A DNA stretch of 64,000 nucleotides from NCBI GenBank assembly GCA_036172245.1, contig JAYWIR010000045.1, positions 1 to 64,000 of the forward strand, in the 5' to 3' direction. A program made the position numbers and the translations under genes. The notes under the pieces were generated by a model that made no database searches, was not told where the DNA came from, and saw only the letters and a list, made by a program, of their open reading frames with translations. The stretch is from Raillietiella orientalis. Taxonomy: Eukaryota. This document shows, one piece after another, positions 35,201 through 47,300 of this stretch; the first letter of the stretch is position 1; every line of letters begins with the position of its first letter.

Positions 35201-38200
35201 GTGGGTCGATTTGTTCCTTTTCTTCATCTGGAAGCAGACCTGTGGAACGATGGATTTGGGCAATTTTGCTCCTCAAGAGAGATGTGCTTGTGCAGCACGA
35301 GTGGCAGCTTTTACACTTACAGTATGTCCATCCCTAATAACTCGATCATATCGCTTTCTTTCTTCTTCTTCTCTATTCTTCTTTCCAATAACCATTTCTT
35401 CACCTCCAGTAGTAAAAATACCTGTGCACCTCTCTTCCAGCTGTTTGAGACTATTAACCATAGCAGAACCAGCTGCATACACAAACTCCTGGTGGATCTT
35501 CTCTGTTATCTGCGATCCCGTTGTTCTACCCAACATGGGTCCAATAAACCAATTCTTATATGCTCCTGAATTTTGGATGCAGGAATCTTTTCTTCAGTCA
35601 GAGAAGAGATGAGATATTCATCAGATTAATTCTGACGATGAGTGGTCTTGACTTTTGGATCATAATCCTTCTTTACAATAAGTTGCTCTAGTACAGGTGG
35701 TAAAGAAGGCTGAGATGATGTTCCACTTGTTATAGCCGTTCCTTCCCTGCGTGGGATATGCATTTCTTCCTCTCCTTCAGGTTCTTCCACACTTGATTCC
35801 TCTTCCATATTTGTACTTGGGTATTAGCAGCTTCATGTTGGAGAGATTCTTCCTCCTCCTCTTCCTGTTCACCACTGTCTGATTCCGCCAATGGTGGCTG
35901 CATGGGCACCACATCGAATCTCTGCCCCATTGATACTCTAGCTCCAGCATCTTCACGTTGACAGGGTGGAGGAAAATGTCCAATTTCATGAGGTTGAAAG
36001 TCTACAGTCTCAATAATCGATTTGCGCATAAGCAACTCTTTCACGTTCTGCTTCTTCCTCTTCTCGACGCCGTTGAGCACCGGTGGGAATACGAAAGGGA
36101 AATGTGAGCACGCAAATGCAGCATCCCGACGCTGCAACTGCAAGGCCAGGACGCAGGTGGAAGCTCCGTGGTTGGTTGGTTTCGTCCAAAGTTCGCTTCG
36201 GAGTCAAAGACGTGCTTCTTTACTCGTGCGACGGAAGCAGCACGCGCCAAGGGAACAGGACATCTTTGAGAGATGGAGGCGTTGCCAAAATTCTGGGAAA
36301 CTCAGAACGGCGGAGGTGGGAGTGTGGCTTTCTACCTTTATCACGCTTTGGGTGAATCGCTCTTTGGAAAGCAACGTTGATGTGATAGCGTGACAGTGCA
36401 AACGTAAGTACCAACACGTTCACAAGAGACTTCGTGATGAATGAGCAGTTGAGCAGATTCAATCGCTAAACGTACCCGAGCACCGAATAGTAAAAGAATT
36501 TCGTAAATAATGAAGATCTTGGAAAGGATGTTGAGTACCAAACACGAAATTGCTAAAACAACAGATCCGTGCTCTAGGACGAGTTTCTTCAGAGGCGCAT
36601 TACTGGTTGCGTTGCAGAAGATGCAGCCCGGCTCTGTGCACAGATGCACTGGAAGCATGTTGTGGACAGAGCTCCACCGATAAAATGCAAACTCGAAGAG
36701 CGTCTCAAGAAGAGGAATCGCAACAACGGATGGAAGGGTTTTCCTTCGAAATCGAGCAAGGACCATCACGAACACACGCGACAAAATGAGCTCAGACTCA
36801 AACGTGATCAAAGATTTGCGGCTCCATCTTCGAATACAAGGCATAAATAGACACGAGTCCGAAAAAGAGAAACTGGAAGGGAGAACAAAGTTCCAGATCA
36901 CAGTCAGATGATCTGGAACTTTGTTTTTCCTCCCAGTTCCAGAATGCATTTGGTAGCGTGCGTACGTACGCAGCAAGCAACCAAAATTCACCCCTGCAAG
37001 CTTCCGGAAGCTTCCAGAGCGGTCTTGAATGCAATCCCACATGCACTGATTACAAATGGTGCAGTTTCAAAGCTCCGATGGAACTGGAAGTCCTCACTGA
37101 GGTCCGCACCCAGAGCTGACAGAAAGTCAAATGGGGAGTTGGTGAGGAAATGGAAAAACAAAAAAGCAGTTTGAGGAGTCGACCACGAGTTTAAGATAAA
37201 CTAGAAAGTGCTGTTATGCTCTGAGGTCCGATATAATGCAAGAAAATTAGTTTCGAAAAAAAAAAAAAATTTTTAATAAAGAATAAAGTAAATTATATTC
37301 TTTAGCGGACCAAATAACATGCTCACCGACTGCCCAGTGTATAGGAGAATGTTTCTCTTTATCCAGAACATCCACATTGGCTCCTTTTTTCAGCAAGTAC
37401 TGCACCAAGGTCGCATTTCCAGAAATGACGGCGAGATGAAGAACCGCGTAGCCTTCTTCATCCGGTACATCTATGAACTCCGGCCTGTGTTGCAGTATCA
37501 AATCAGCGCAGGCTACGTCAGCATTATCAGCACAGTAGTGCAAAGCTGACTTGCCTGTTCGATCCAGAACCAGGATGCTGTGTGCCTGGAATTCACATCA
37601 GATCTATGGTTAACCCAAAATTCCAATGGAAAAAGAAAAACACGCTTTGAGAAACAAAAGTGTCTCTCCTTGCGATGTTTCCAAAGTTCATCTTTCTTTT
37701 GCTCTCTGTCATTACTGTACATTAACACAACTAATGCTGACGGTCTTGCGTAGCGTTCCTGACGGTGCTAAAGGGTTTCACCGGGAAGGGAGATGCTCAT
37801 ACCCCTTTCCATTGGGCGTTCAGTTTACTGGCCAGTTTCTGCTAAACTCTAATCTATATCCTAATGCGGAGAAGGCAAAGAATTCATGTTCCATTGGTCT
37901 GGACCCCATATTCACTGCTACTCTCCTCTCTTCTTTAGAATAGTTACAGTTTCTCTCTGAGTCCGGTTTTACTCTCCATCTTCCACCTCAGTTCTATCTC
38001 TTAACAGAAGACTCCTACTTTCTCATGGAAGCGAAGAATATGGAATCGGGGAGCATGAATTCCGGGAGAGAAAACGAACCAAGAGATCGTTGCGGAGAGC
38101 AGAGTATTTACGAAAAGACAGCTTTGAAGCAGGGTGGCTTGAAAATTTCGAAAACAGACGTGGAAGAAGACAAAGTAGAAAGTTACTTGTTCCACTTTTC

Positions 38201-40031
38201 TGCGATGTTTTCTCAAGGTGACGAAGTGCTTCTGGTCCATCAACCGCAGGTTTCAAGAAAACGCAAATCCGGTAACCACAAATTGTGTCCTGAGAACAGG
38301 CACTAATCTGCTTTTTTGATCCGTTGTTTTGGTTTGTCAAATGATTCGGTTGGCCAGCACAACCGAATCATTTGACAGCTTGAGCGGCATTTGTTCCTGA
38401 GAATCGTTTCGCGATCAATCTTGAGAGAGAGAGAGATCTTCGAGAGCCAAGAATCGACTGAAGTGTAGCTCGAGACCAGAACATTTGCCGTTCATCTTGT
38501 AACTGATTAACTCTCATCCGAAGCTTAAAGTCTCGTCCGTGGAGCGCAAACAAAACAAAAGAAAAAATGCATGAATATAAAGCCGAACGAAAGTTAGTTC
38601 TTGTTTTTGAGGCCAAGCAGGAGGAGGAGGACGAATGAACTTGACTCCAGGTTTGGTAGCACTTGATTTCCATCTCAGGAAAGTTATCACGGTGTCACAA
38701 GCGAATCCAGCAAAGCATGAGACAGGATAGAGCGCTCTTGCACAGTTCCTTCTTTTGGCCAGAACGGATCACATTGGAATAGTCTTTCTGCTCCACAGAT
38801 TCATCCGCATCCCTAGTGCAAGAATGATCAGCAAACTGGTAACTTTCTCTCCACATCCTGGTTAGTGTATAATAACGTCGTAGGTTTTAGATGCCTGCCT
38901 CAGCCTAAAAATCCTCGTTTAGACGGACTCGCTATGATGTTAATGATAATGAAACTTCGATCTCGTTTTCATAAAATTCCAGTGGCTACTTTGTCTGCTC
39001 TAACATTTCGAACATCATTCTCTTATCAGAAAAAAAAGAAAATGATGTGTTTCCATTGAACCAAACCACTGAAACCAACAGCATCCGCAATTTATTGGGT
39101 TCAGCAATGAGTTGCTGTTTACAAGTTTTTTCGGTTACTGTTGTTTTGTTTCTGTGCATAGTTTATCATAATAACGAATGCAGTAGCTCGTAATCAGAGA
39201 TTCCGATGACGAGGAAGTGTAGCTGGATCCAGGAGAACAAGCCAAGAATACGACGGATAGAGGATGCGAAAGAAAAAGATCAGTATCCGCAAACGTTACG
39301 TCACAGTGTCGAACGAGGAGCTCCTCCGATGATTTTTTAAAGAGTCAACCGTACAGAAAGTGGGAAAGAAAACCTCTAAACACTTCTCTTTTTTTTCTCT
39401 CGAAGGGTTGCTCGTATCAAGCTTGTTGAGAACCATTCATTGCACTTACGTTTTTGGCAAGAATCTCGCGAACTTTATCAGTTTCACATCTTTGGCAAGC
39501 TAGCATCAGTGGAGTTATTGATTTATAACTGGAATGAGCATCATTAATCTCAATAGAGAAATCGCCTTTCATCACGGAGCTCATCTGCTGAATGCACCTT
39601 GAAATAGAAGAACTGAATAAGATTTTGTTACTCTTTCATCATATTCTTGGAGATAAGACGTAAAGTCATTCCAGAAAAGAAGCGTTGGGCAAAAGGTAAT
39701 CGTCCAATGGCCGTTGGAAAACATTTCCAAGTTCCATTGCTCAAGTTTATAATTAAATCATTTCGTTAGTTTGGGATTCCTGAGCGAACCAAACTTTTTT
39801 TAAGAAAAAAAAAAAAAAATTATATTGAAAAATTATACGGCACTAAAAAAAAAAAAAAGAATGAAAGAAAGAAGGGGCATGTAGGACTCTCACTTTTAAT
39901 TCTCAATCAAAGTCAAAATAATTTCAGTGCTCCTTCCATTTAACATTTCAATTAACAAATACAGGATCTCCTCATCCCTGCCCTATCGAGTCTTTGTTTT
40001 GCAAACTTACCGGAACGAAATTCTCGATCAT
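19058..40031 (-). CDS. Multi-ankyrin-repeat protein (inversin-like) with a Cys/His-rich C-terminal region
   Basis: In-frame exons: 37585-37327 (DRTGKSALHYCA...), 34836-34597, 28788-28714, 28665-28467, 22386-22140, 22088-21922, 21870-21690, 21647-21145, 21094-20892 and 20838-20659. Probable last exons are 19370-19299 and 19254-19058. Candidate first exon 40031-40011 (MIENFVP, strong gtaagt donor) is tentative. About 10 ankyrin repeats of the D-G-TALH type. Confidence 0.88.
19780..20080 (+). mobile_element. 3' part of the same SINE-like family
   Basis: Aligns with 34110-34330 (gtccctc-ggagagaat, ccaagcgtaa, gggttca, ggtggcgtgga, aaagag). Confidence 0.6.
20136..20276. repeat. Compound microsatellite (TA)n/(TATC)n/(GA)n
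   Basis: Directly visible. Confidence 0.97.
22600..25200 (-). mobile_element. BEL/Pao LTR-retrotransposon relic
   Basis: EGRLWVRFAW (~23920) resembles the Pao GRY-V-LPW motif, with degenerate Cys/His knuckle-like reads upstream (KCVFF...H, ~24950). Heavily decayed. Confidence 0.35.
27212..27256. repeat. Perfect 22-bp inverted repeat with a 1-nt spacer
   Basis: tttcagtaccggcaaaaagaaa-a-tttctttttgccggtactgaaa. Confidence 0.95.
27402..28086 (+). mobile_element. 5'-truncated L1/Tx1-type LINE 3' end, copy B
   Basis: zf-RVT-like LHWGLP...RCGERESLPHLLLDC..L..LW. 12-bp TSD acgagtagaccg at 27390-27401 and 28087-28098. Confidence 0.85.
30700..31310 (+). mobile_element. Older LINE 3' fragment of the same type
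   Basis: Frame reading GARCWEIKSLPHLLPDC, followed by gtgatccc plus a C-rich tract. More diverged, and no TSD was seen. Confidence 0.6.
31312..31447 (+). repeat. Minisatellite, five diverged units of about 27 bp
   Basis: Units begin ctgtggaaaaaccctc, cagtggaaaataccctc, ctgtggaaagtcctcc, tagtggataagcccctc and ctgtgaaaaatccttcc. Confidence 0.8.
33135..34340 (+). mobile_element. tRNA-derived SINE-like element interrupted by a LINE-like fragment (about 33481-34019)
   Basis: B-box GGTTCGAATC at about 33173. The body is homologous to the reverse complement of 45765-46250 and to 19780-20080, with GGTTCCCT/GGAGA subrepeats. Confidence 0.6.
33481..33945 (+). repeat. About 465-bp repeat (LINE-like fragment) with an inverted twin at 47545-48009
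   Basis: Both sites give the same ORF translation (RSHPETSQRRR...KVFLGK). About 7 substitutions by eye. Confidence 0.95.
35010..36080 (-). pseudogene. SF3A1: Intronless fragment of splicing factor 3A subunit 1 (PRP21-like region)
   Basis: Across frames: ERERVAYAQID, ETVDFQPHEIGHFPPP, IVKKDYDPK, DEYLIS-LT-EKIPASKIQEHIRIGLLDP, SLKQLEER, IGKK, DGH, AAQAH and IHRSTGLLP. There is an in-frame TAA at 35626-35628, several frameshifts, no introns, and truncation at both ends. Boundaries are approximate. Confidence 0.88.
36800..37200 (+). mobile_element. Gypsy integrase relic
   Basis: ALITNGAVS and SAPRADRKSNGELVR resemble integrase DNG and P-SNG--ER motifs. Confidence 0.3.
37700..38700 (-). mobile_element. 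Gypsy integrase/GPY-F relic
   Basis: GQPNHLTNQNNG, PAVDG and KLASKLNAQWKG occur in integrase order. Confidence 0.35.
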
Positions 40032-42924
40032 CAAGTTAGATCATTATGATGAGAATAGACTGAACCGTTCTAGTGCGAACAACCAGGAAAATCCGGATTG
40101 AAACAGGAAACAGGAGCTGCTAACTGCTCAACCGGACAGCAAGCACCACAGCTTCAGAATCGATGCAAGAGATTTTTCTTGATGATACACAGAGTCCGCA
40201 CCAAGAACACGAGATCACCTTCTTGAGAAGAGTGTGCGAGTCGCTAGAACTGTCCCCGAATCCAGATGCAGTTCTTTTCCAATGGACTCCCCGATGGAGT
40301 TTGCCTGTTCCAATCATCAGCTGACTCGACAGAGATCTTCCGGGCTTCTTTTTACATTGTATCATTGACCCGTTAATGATACAATGTTATTGTATCATTT
40401 TCCTGTTAATGTCTATATTAATTGGTGCACACAAAGAAGCTACGAAACACAGTTGCCGTTCCCTTTTGATTTATTTCCTTTTCAACGATTCTTATTAATT
40501 GCATTTCACTACATTTCTACCGTATGCACAGTACATCATTTCTCGTCCTTTCGCTCGTTTATAAGCAGGAATACAATAAACAGATGATATTATACGATGC
40601 AGCAAATGCCAGTAGAAACGTAATAAAACGCACTTTATACGAATCATTGGAAAGGAAATCAAAAGGGAACAATAAGTGTGCTTTGTTTTTCGGTCGGAAG
40701 TGAATATTAGGTATTGAATAGTACACAAAATGACAGACGTTACACAGACGATATGTTTAATCAAGCAACGATTAGCTATTAAATGTATTCATGCCATACC
40801 GATAGCTATTTTCCATCGAATCGAAATTGAGCGCTTATGCGATTTCATACACTCGAATCAAACGTCATCAAGTAACGTTCGAAACTTCCGCAAGAACTTT
40901 CTCTCGGAGTCTTTCAAAAATTGAGGCAGCGCTGCGAGTTCTTCAGCGCAGAGTTGGCTCACAGCGCTGAAGAGCAGTCCGTTCCGCGGGGATTCTCCTC
41001 AGAGGACGTCGTGGTTGACGAGGTTCATCCTGGCACGTGTTAGGCATGTGTTACATAACACGTGAAAGAGAATGGGAAACTCACACCCGCAACACATTAG
41101 GATTCTAGGAGATCCCAGAGAATCCTAGGAGAATCCATTCGCGCAACTCGATGGGTGATCGCTGTGAGTCAGTTTTCTCGGTGAAATCACCCAGGTCTCA
41201 GGTCATCGGTAGAAGTTTATGCTTCACCCTTCAGAAAATAAGGGATCGACGCTGCACCCTCTAAATGCATGCACCTAGACATGTGCTTTGCCTCGCTCAG
41301 GGTCCGTTTCATCAGCCACACGAAAACTTTCAAATATTCCCTCATCCTGATTCCCGATACCGCTGGTGATCTCCACCAACATCATGAGATCTTGCTAACA
41401 GACGTCATTGAAAAATTCCAGTCATCTAAGACAATATTTCACATTCGCATAACAACGAAAGTCACTAACGAAATTTCCTTTTGCACACTGATAATCCACA
41501 ACTGTTGGACTTTCCACATGTCGTACTGTTGCCTTCTCTGTATGCGTGGCACGAAAATTATATCCACTGTGTATACCGTACAGCTCGTTCCATAATCACC
41601 CATTATCATGTCGCCCATTTTATGAAACACAGTACGGACCAATAATTTAAAATGCACCCTTGGGAAAAATAGGGATGAAAAGATGTTTCGAACTTGAGCT
41701 TCAAGCTTCCTGACACCTTCATCACACGGGAATCATTGAGTATTATCGATATTCTCATTAAACAGACACATATTATGGATATCCGTACATTTAATGAACA
41801 CGCACATCATGTCTGCGCACTAAACCTTACTAATCATCAATCTCCGCAATTATGGATCAGTTCGATTTTTAGCATCAGTTCTCACACCATCGACAGAGAA
41901 ACATCATCTACTCTGCTTTTTCTTTTATGCTTTTTTTTAAAAAAAAAAAAAAAAACCTTCCTTTAACGTCATTCTTGCTTTTTTACCTGCCTTGGTTACT
42001 CCGATTCACTTGGACATCTTTCACTCGCTTTCACCATCCAAAAAACAGGACCAAGTCCGAAGCAGCACGGTCGCCCACTGCTTACAAACAGCCAAATGTG
42101 GAGACGTCTTGTACAGTCTCTCCGGTTTATGATGAACTAAAGTGTTTCTATAGCAACCCGACTTGTTTTGCAATACTTTGGAAATCATGCATGAATAATC
42201 GTTAATATGCAGATTGTGATTGTATTCGATAAACATTCGTGTCCTTATGACCTAGTTAATCTCACGAAGAATCTTTTAATATCGATTGCTGACGCGATAG
42301 GACTGATTGAAACGCTTATCTCAGAAGATGGAAGAAACCTGGCTCAGACGACTAATCCAGCGCCCTTTTTTTTTTTTTTTAGAAGTCAGTCCCTCTTTAA
42401 AAGTGCATTCTTCCTTCATTCGTAGACTTCCTTTGATTTTTGCTGGTAATTCACATGAAGATTTTTCGTTCAGTGATGAAGTGAGTGGAGCTCGTCCTTA
42501 TGAGATTAAGCTGGTAGCGAGCTGGTACATTCAAGGACAATTTTGAAAGAGAATTCGGAGGACGGGTGGGGGTAGACCTATGGAACCATTCTTTCGCAGC
42601 GTCTGCCTAAAAAGGGTATTCAGAATTCCCCCGAGCATCACTTCGACCACAATAATATAGAAAGAGTGCACTTTCGAGATGGTCACCTTTTCTGGAATCA
42701 AAATTGCAAAAATGTTGTCGCCTTTATGGACTGTTGTTCATTCTATCGAGAGGGGTAGTCGAAATAGAAGGGAAAAAAAAAAACTTCGGACAATTAAATG
42801 AAAGAAACCAAATCGTTAAACAGGAACACGAATTTTCGTAATCAAATGAGCAAATTTAGTAGCATTACAAAAGCAAAAATAATGATAGTGTGATGATGCG
42901 ATATAAAATTGTATTCGAACTTCC

Positions 42925-43787
42925 TCACGATTGCCTTTTCCCCGTATTCTTCTCCGAAGAGGACATCATGAATGGGAAGGAGCAGACGCTTCCTGACCAC
43001 TCCATAGCTAAACTGAATGAGTGGTCAATGACTTCGTCGATACCCAATTTTTGAACATCTTTAAAGCACCTTGGAGTGGCCTTCCCAATCATCATTAAGG
43101 GTGATTTGTGGTTACCCGTGGCATCGACGCAGGGCATTAAAGTGACCCTTTCCTTTCTATTTTTTCTCCCAGAGGCTGCTACTTCTATTTCGATGAGCAT
43201 TCGTTCCATTTGGTAATCCTTCGTGCACCAGTCCTGTTTCGCAGCAATTATAGACTTGCTCCATTAGATATTCGTTTTCATCAACTATTTCTTCCAATTT
43301 TTCTAGGAAGACTGGAGCCTGCGAGATGGGAGCCCTGAGTTTCTCCCCGGATGTGGTCAATAAGCAAATGCCATTTCAATTTTCTTGAAGGTGCTCAGCT
43401 GCCACCCACCACTTGCCAAAAATTCCCCATCACATCCCAACCGAACATGAATTTCCTCGGTCTTCGATTTAAAGATGTCATTTGTGACGATGATGCTTTT
43501 CAGGTCTCGCTGTTGTGAAAGCTCGTGGGGTCCGATTTTCGGGGGATTTCGAGATCGAGTCATCCCGTTTTCAGGTGTTTCGGAACAGCGGGAGGCGATG
43601 TGGCCTCCTCTTTAGTTCTCTTCGCGTTCTCTCACGATTTTCGAAACCGTTGATTGATCCACGTTACATTTCAAACGCAGCACTCTGATCTTCGTTCCCT
43701 TTTCGATTTCACGTAAAATATCCAGCTTTTCTCGAATATTGAATGAGATCTCTCCTATTTCCCCCCCCCCCCCCCCCCCATCTTTCA
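42925..43787 (-). mobile_element. Degenerate Tigger/pogo-type (CENP-B-like HTH plus DDE) transposase
   Basis: EKLDILREIEKG...VDQSTVSKIV (HTH), FLASGGW..TFKK, SGE, QVYNCCETGL (NxDETGL) and KERVTLMPCVDATGNHKSPLMMIGK..PRCFK. Frameshifted. Confidence 0.85.
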
Positions 43788-44366
43788 GGGGAGCGGGAAT
43801 CGCTCCCCCATCTACTTGTTGACTGTGCTTCCCTCCGACCCCTGTGGGAACGGTTCGGGACGACCCTCGGACTCCCGGTGGGCAGCCAACCCAGAGACGT
43901 TTTCCGTCTTCTCTTCGTGCGGGACGCCCTGCAGCCAGCTGCAGCCGTTGCAGCACTCAGCTGCATCCGAGGCATCGTGGCAGCCTGGAGCGATACCCGC
44001 GACGGAGTAGTGGATGCCAATCGAGAGGGACGTCATCCCGTATGCGGTCTGCTTCATGCGGAGAGCTACTGGATGGCCCCAGCTAGGTACAATGCAGATG
44101 GACCTCGAGGGAATCCTGCGAAGGATGGACCCTCCTCCCAGCGGACTGTGATCCCTTCCCCTCCCTCCAAACTCTTTTTGTTTTTTTCTTTGTTTTTATT
44201 TTTATTTTTGCTTTCTCCCCCATCCCCCTCCACTGCCGAGGAGCATCACGCCGGGCTGCGTCTCGGTGTCCCGGCAGGTCCGGTGTTGTGTGGCCGTTAG
44301 TGGGGCCTTATACCACGTTTTTGTAGAGTTTTTAAAATAAACGCCCCGGATGTACCCGGGTGGAAA
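43788..44366 (+). mobile_element. 5'-truncated L1/Tx1-type LINE 3' end, copy C
   Basis: GERESLPHLLVDCASLRPLWERF...PRDVFRLLFVRDAL. 13-bp TSD cccccatctttca at 43775-43787 and 44367-44379. Confidence 0.85.
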
Positions 44367-44899
44367 CCCCCATCTTTCACGCGTTTGAAAAAAGTTTCTC
44401 TTATCGAATGACAGAAAACTCACAATGCTGACTGCATCGAGGGTTGCTGGTGTCAAAAGTTTCTAATGTCAATGTGCACTGTATACTTTTGGGGAAATCG
44501 CCCATGCATTTTATGGACAACAACAGCCTTACGGGTATTCTTACTTCGACATTTGTAAGATCAAAGAAGTCTTGTCAACTGTTGCATTATGCAAATGAAA
44601 TGATTGTTCGACCTTCCAAAGGTTCCTCACAGAAAGCCTACATTATGAGTGTGTCTAATGCACAAATAATCATTACAGAAAACTACTAATCATAAAAAAA
44701 ATAATAATACTACGTTTTGGTGCTAATTTTCAAACACTTGAGGGACGAGTAGAAGTTGGATTTATTCACATACGAAGTAGGTGGCTCCAAATTTTTCAGC
44801 TCTTGCGACAAAGATGTCTTTGATGAGCATGGTAATCAAGGTCTTCTGCGGCACTTTTGGAAGCTATTGCTGGATCCTTGATATCCAACTCATACCTTC

Positions 44900-45760
44900 T
44901 AGCTGGAACTCACTATTAGCATCTGTTTGCTATGATCTCCGGTAACCACTCCTCCGAGAGTCACAGATCCACGACACCTTCGCGACTCGAGCTCTCGGCA
45001 GCCGCAGGTGGTCCACCAGAAAAAAAGACGGTAGAGACGCCTGTATGCTGATTCACCCGTGCTGCCCACCAACGGTGGAGATGCCTTGGATATGCTGGAG
45101 GGTAGCGAGCCTCGAAAGATTATTTCCAATCACCCATCGCGAACTTTTGCTCTTTTCTGAGCCTGTGCTAGAGGTCGCACGGAGGAGGACTGTCCTTGCG
45201 TGTGAGCTGACTCATGAGTGCAAGACCCCTGCAGCCCCTCAAGAAGGAAGCTCTTCGGGAAGGGTTTGGATTCAGTCAAGCGACTGGTCCAGCTTCCCAA
45301 GCTCCAAGCACTCGAATGCGCGTCCTCCCTTGATTGCATCGACTTCCACCATCTTCCGAATCCTCGAATTGATCTATCCAGGGTTGGAAACAAAGGGAAG
45401 ATCAGAACCAAAGACAGATATGGGCGGAGCTTCATGCAGAGCCATGTTCAAATTTCTTTCCGTGAGCTTCATGTGACTACCGCATTCCCGCAAGCGAGGT
45501 CATGAAGGAGACCCGTCCTTGAATGCTGACTGGAGCGTGAGAGGCTTAGATGATCTCTGCTGCTGCTGCTGCTGGCGTAGATGGCGCTGCTCCCATCATC
45601 GACATCAAAGGGAAATCCGGATATGCAGAGCCCGGAAGTCGATCACGGAGAAGTGCTTGAACACCTCTGTGTTCCCGTTCCGTTGGAAACAGAATGTGCT
45701 TCTGTTTCTGCACTGGAGTTCTCGTTGCAGCCAACGTAGACACCTCGTTTCCGATGACCA
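44900..45760 (-). mobile_element. Gypsy RT thumb/connection relic
   Basis: RASFLRG, LTRKD and LRKEQKF..W..SFE resemble RT thumb/connection motifs. Many stops. Confidence 0.3.
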
Positions 45761-45764
45761 CCCT

Positions 45765-46400
45765 ATGAATTTAGTAAGGACTCCAGAGAAGGGAGTTCCG
45801 TTTCTCTCACGACTGGGGAAGGACCCCCGAAGGGAACTCCCGAGGGAACCGTTCCATTTTTCCTTCTCCGAAGGGAAACCGGAAATGTACCCGCTATTGG
45901 GATTTCTTCTCTGGAGGGAACCCGCAAGGGAACCTCTCCCTGTTTCCTCCTCTGAAGGGGGAAACAGGGAGGGTCCAAAGGGATGCTTCCGAATTTTCTC
46001 TGAAGGGCGCTCCCCGAAGGGACCCAGAATCGGCTCCCAATCCCAGCCACCCATCGGGGGCATCCGGTTTGAACCACTACCTGTGCCACGCCCGAATAGA
46101 GGTCAACCAGCGTCATCTTCCGGGAGGAACTCGAACCCACGACGCACCGCCATTTCTCTGGCGTCGATCCTTTCCAGGTGGGATTAGAACCCGCTACCCC
46201 CGTTGCCACATGCGGAGACTGTGACTACATGGCCTCCGACGCGGGCACCTGGTTTCCGTGGGAGTGACACCCCCAAACTGTTGGCGGTGAGGGTAGGTGG
46301 ATTCGATCCCGCACCTGCTTTGGGACTGCGATGGCCTCTGCGAACTGTGATGGAGGCTGACTTCGGCGCTCCTGTATCCAGAGGACACCTCCCTGTAACA
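45765..46400 (-). mobile_element. tRNA-derived SINE-like element, second copy
   Basis: The minus strand has a tRNA-His-like head (GCCCGCGT...CTCCGCATGTGGC...GGGTTCTAATCC) and further B-box-like words GGATCGAATCC and GGTTCGAGTTCC. The body aligns by eye with 33150-33470 and 34020-34260. Confidence 0.6.
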
Positions 46401-47300
46401 CCGTGGCCCTCTGAAACACGACGGTTCTTCGCGCGCAGAGGACTCCCAGCTGGCGCGGCGATCGGGACAACGTGCTGCGTGCGCACCATCGTCACGACCT
46501 GCCGTGTGCTATGTGAAGTCTCGGGAGCAGCGAAGGGGGGGCCTCCCGCATGGCAGCAGCCCTAGGTGAGAACGGCTGCTTCGCAGCCTCGCCTGGAAGA
46601 AGACAACTCGAGGATCGTCGGCATCCTGAGCTGGCTGTAGGACCAAAACAGTCGAAGCAAAAGACAAGGGTCAAGGTCCCCAACCTCCCTTTATTTATTT
46701 ACTTATCGTCCCCTCCTACCTGTTCGCCCTCCGGACCCCTCCCTTGGAATTTTTTTTTTGTTTTTTGTTTCGGGAACTGCTTTTTTTTCAACCTGCCTGT
46801 TTAATTATCTATTTTCAAATCAACGCCCTCGTGTGATCGGGTGAAGAAATACCCTGCACCACTGAAGAGCGTTCGTGTCTCTGATGACTCCGCGTCTGAT
46901 GACCCCGCAGCATGCGCGCCATCGTGACGACCCGCCACGTCTTGCAGCGCCAAGTGCCGAGGAGGGAGGTAACCTGTAACGCAGCCGCCCTACATGAGGA
47001 TGGCTGCGAGGTGGTCTCGCCTGGAAGAGGAAATGAATGCAGAGATCTCCGACATCCTCAACTGGTTCTGGGGCGAATGAATGGCCGAGGCCAAAGACCC
47101 CCTGTCGCCATCCTCCCTTCATTTATTCATTTATTGTCTCCTTCCCTCCCGCTCCGGACTGCTCCAGTAACCGACATGCTTGTCGTTGAATCCCCCATTT
47201 GAACTTCTTTTTGTGTACGTGTTTCTCCGTCTCGGGAACGGCGTTTTCAATGACTTGTTTGCTTTTTTAACAAGCGCCCCGGAGTGGCCAACTGAAAGCG
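46400..47300 (+). mobile_element. Two tandem diverged LINE-like 3' ends
   Basis: 46470-46660 and 46900-47090 are homologous (gcgcaccatcgt..gacc, tcgcctggaaga, catcct..ctgg). Each is followed by a C/T-rich tail; the second ends aacaagcgccccgg, like copies A-C. Confidence 0.5.

Noticed and set aside
35626..35808. PSLPPVLEQLIVKKD read as an AMPK beta subunit
   Set aside because: Flanking motifs on both sides match SF3A1 continuously.
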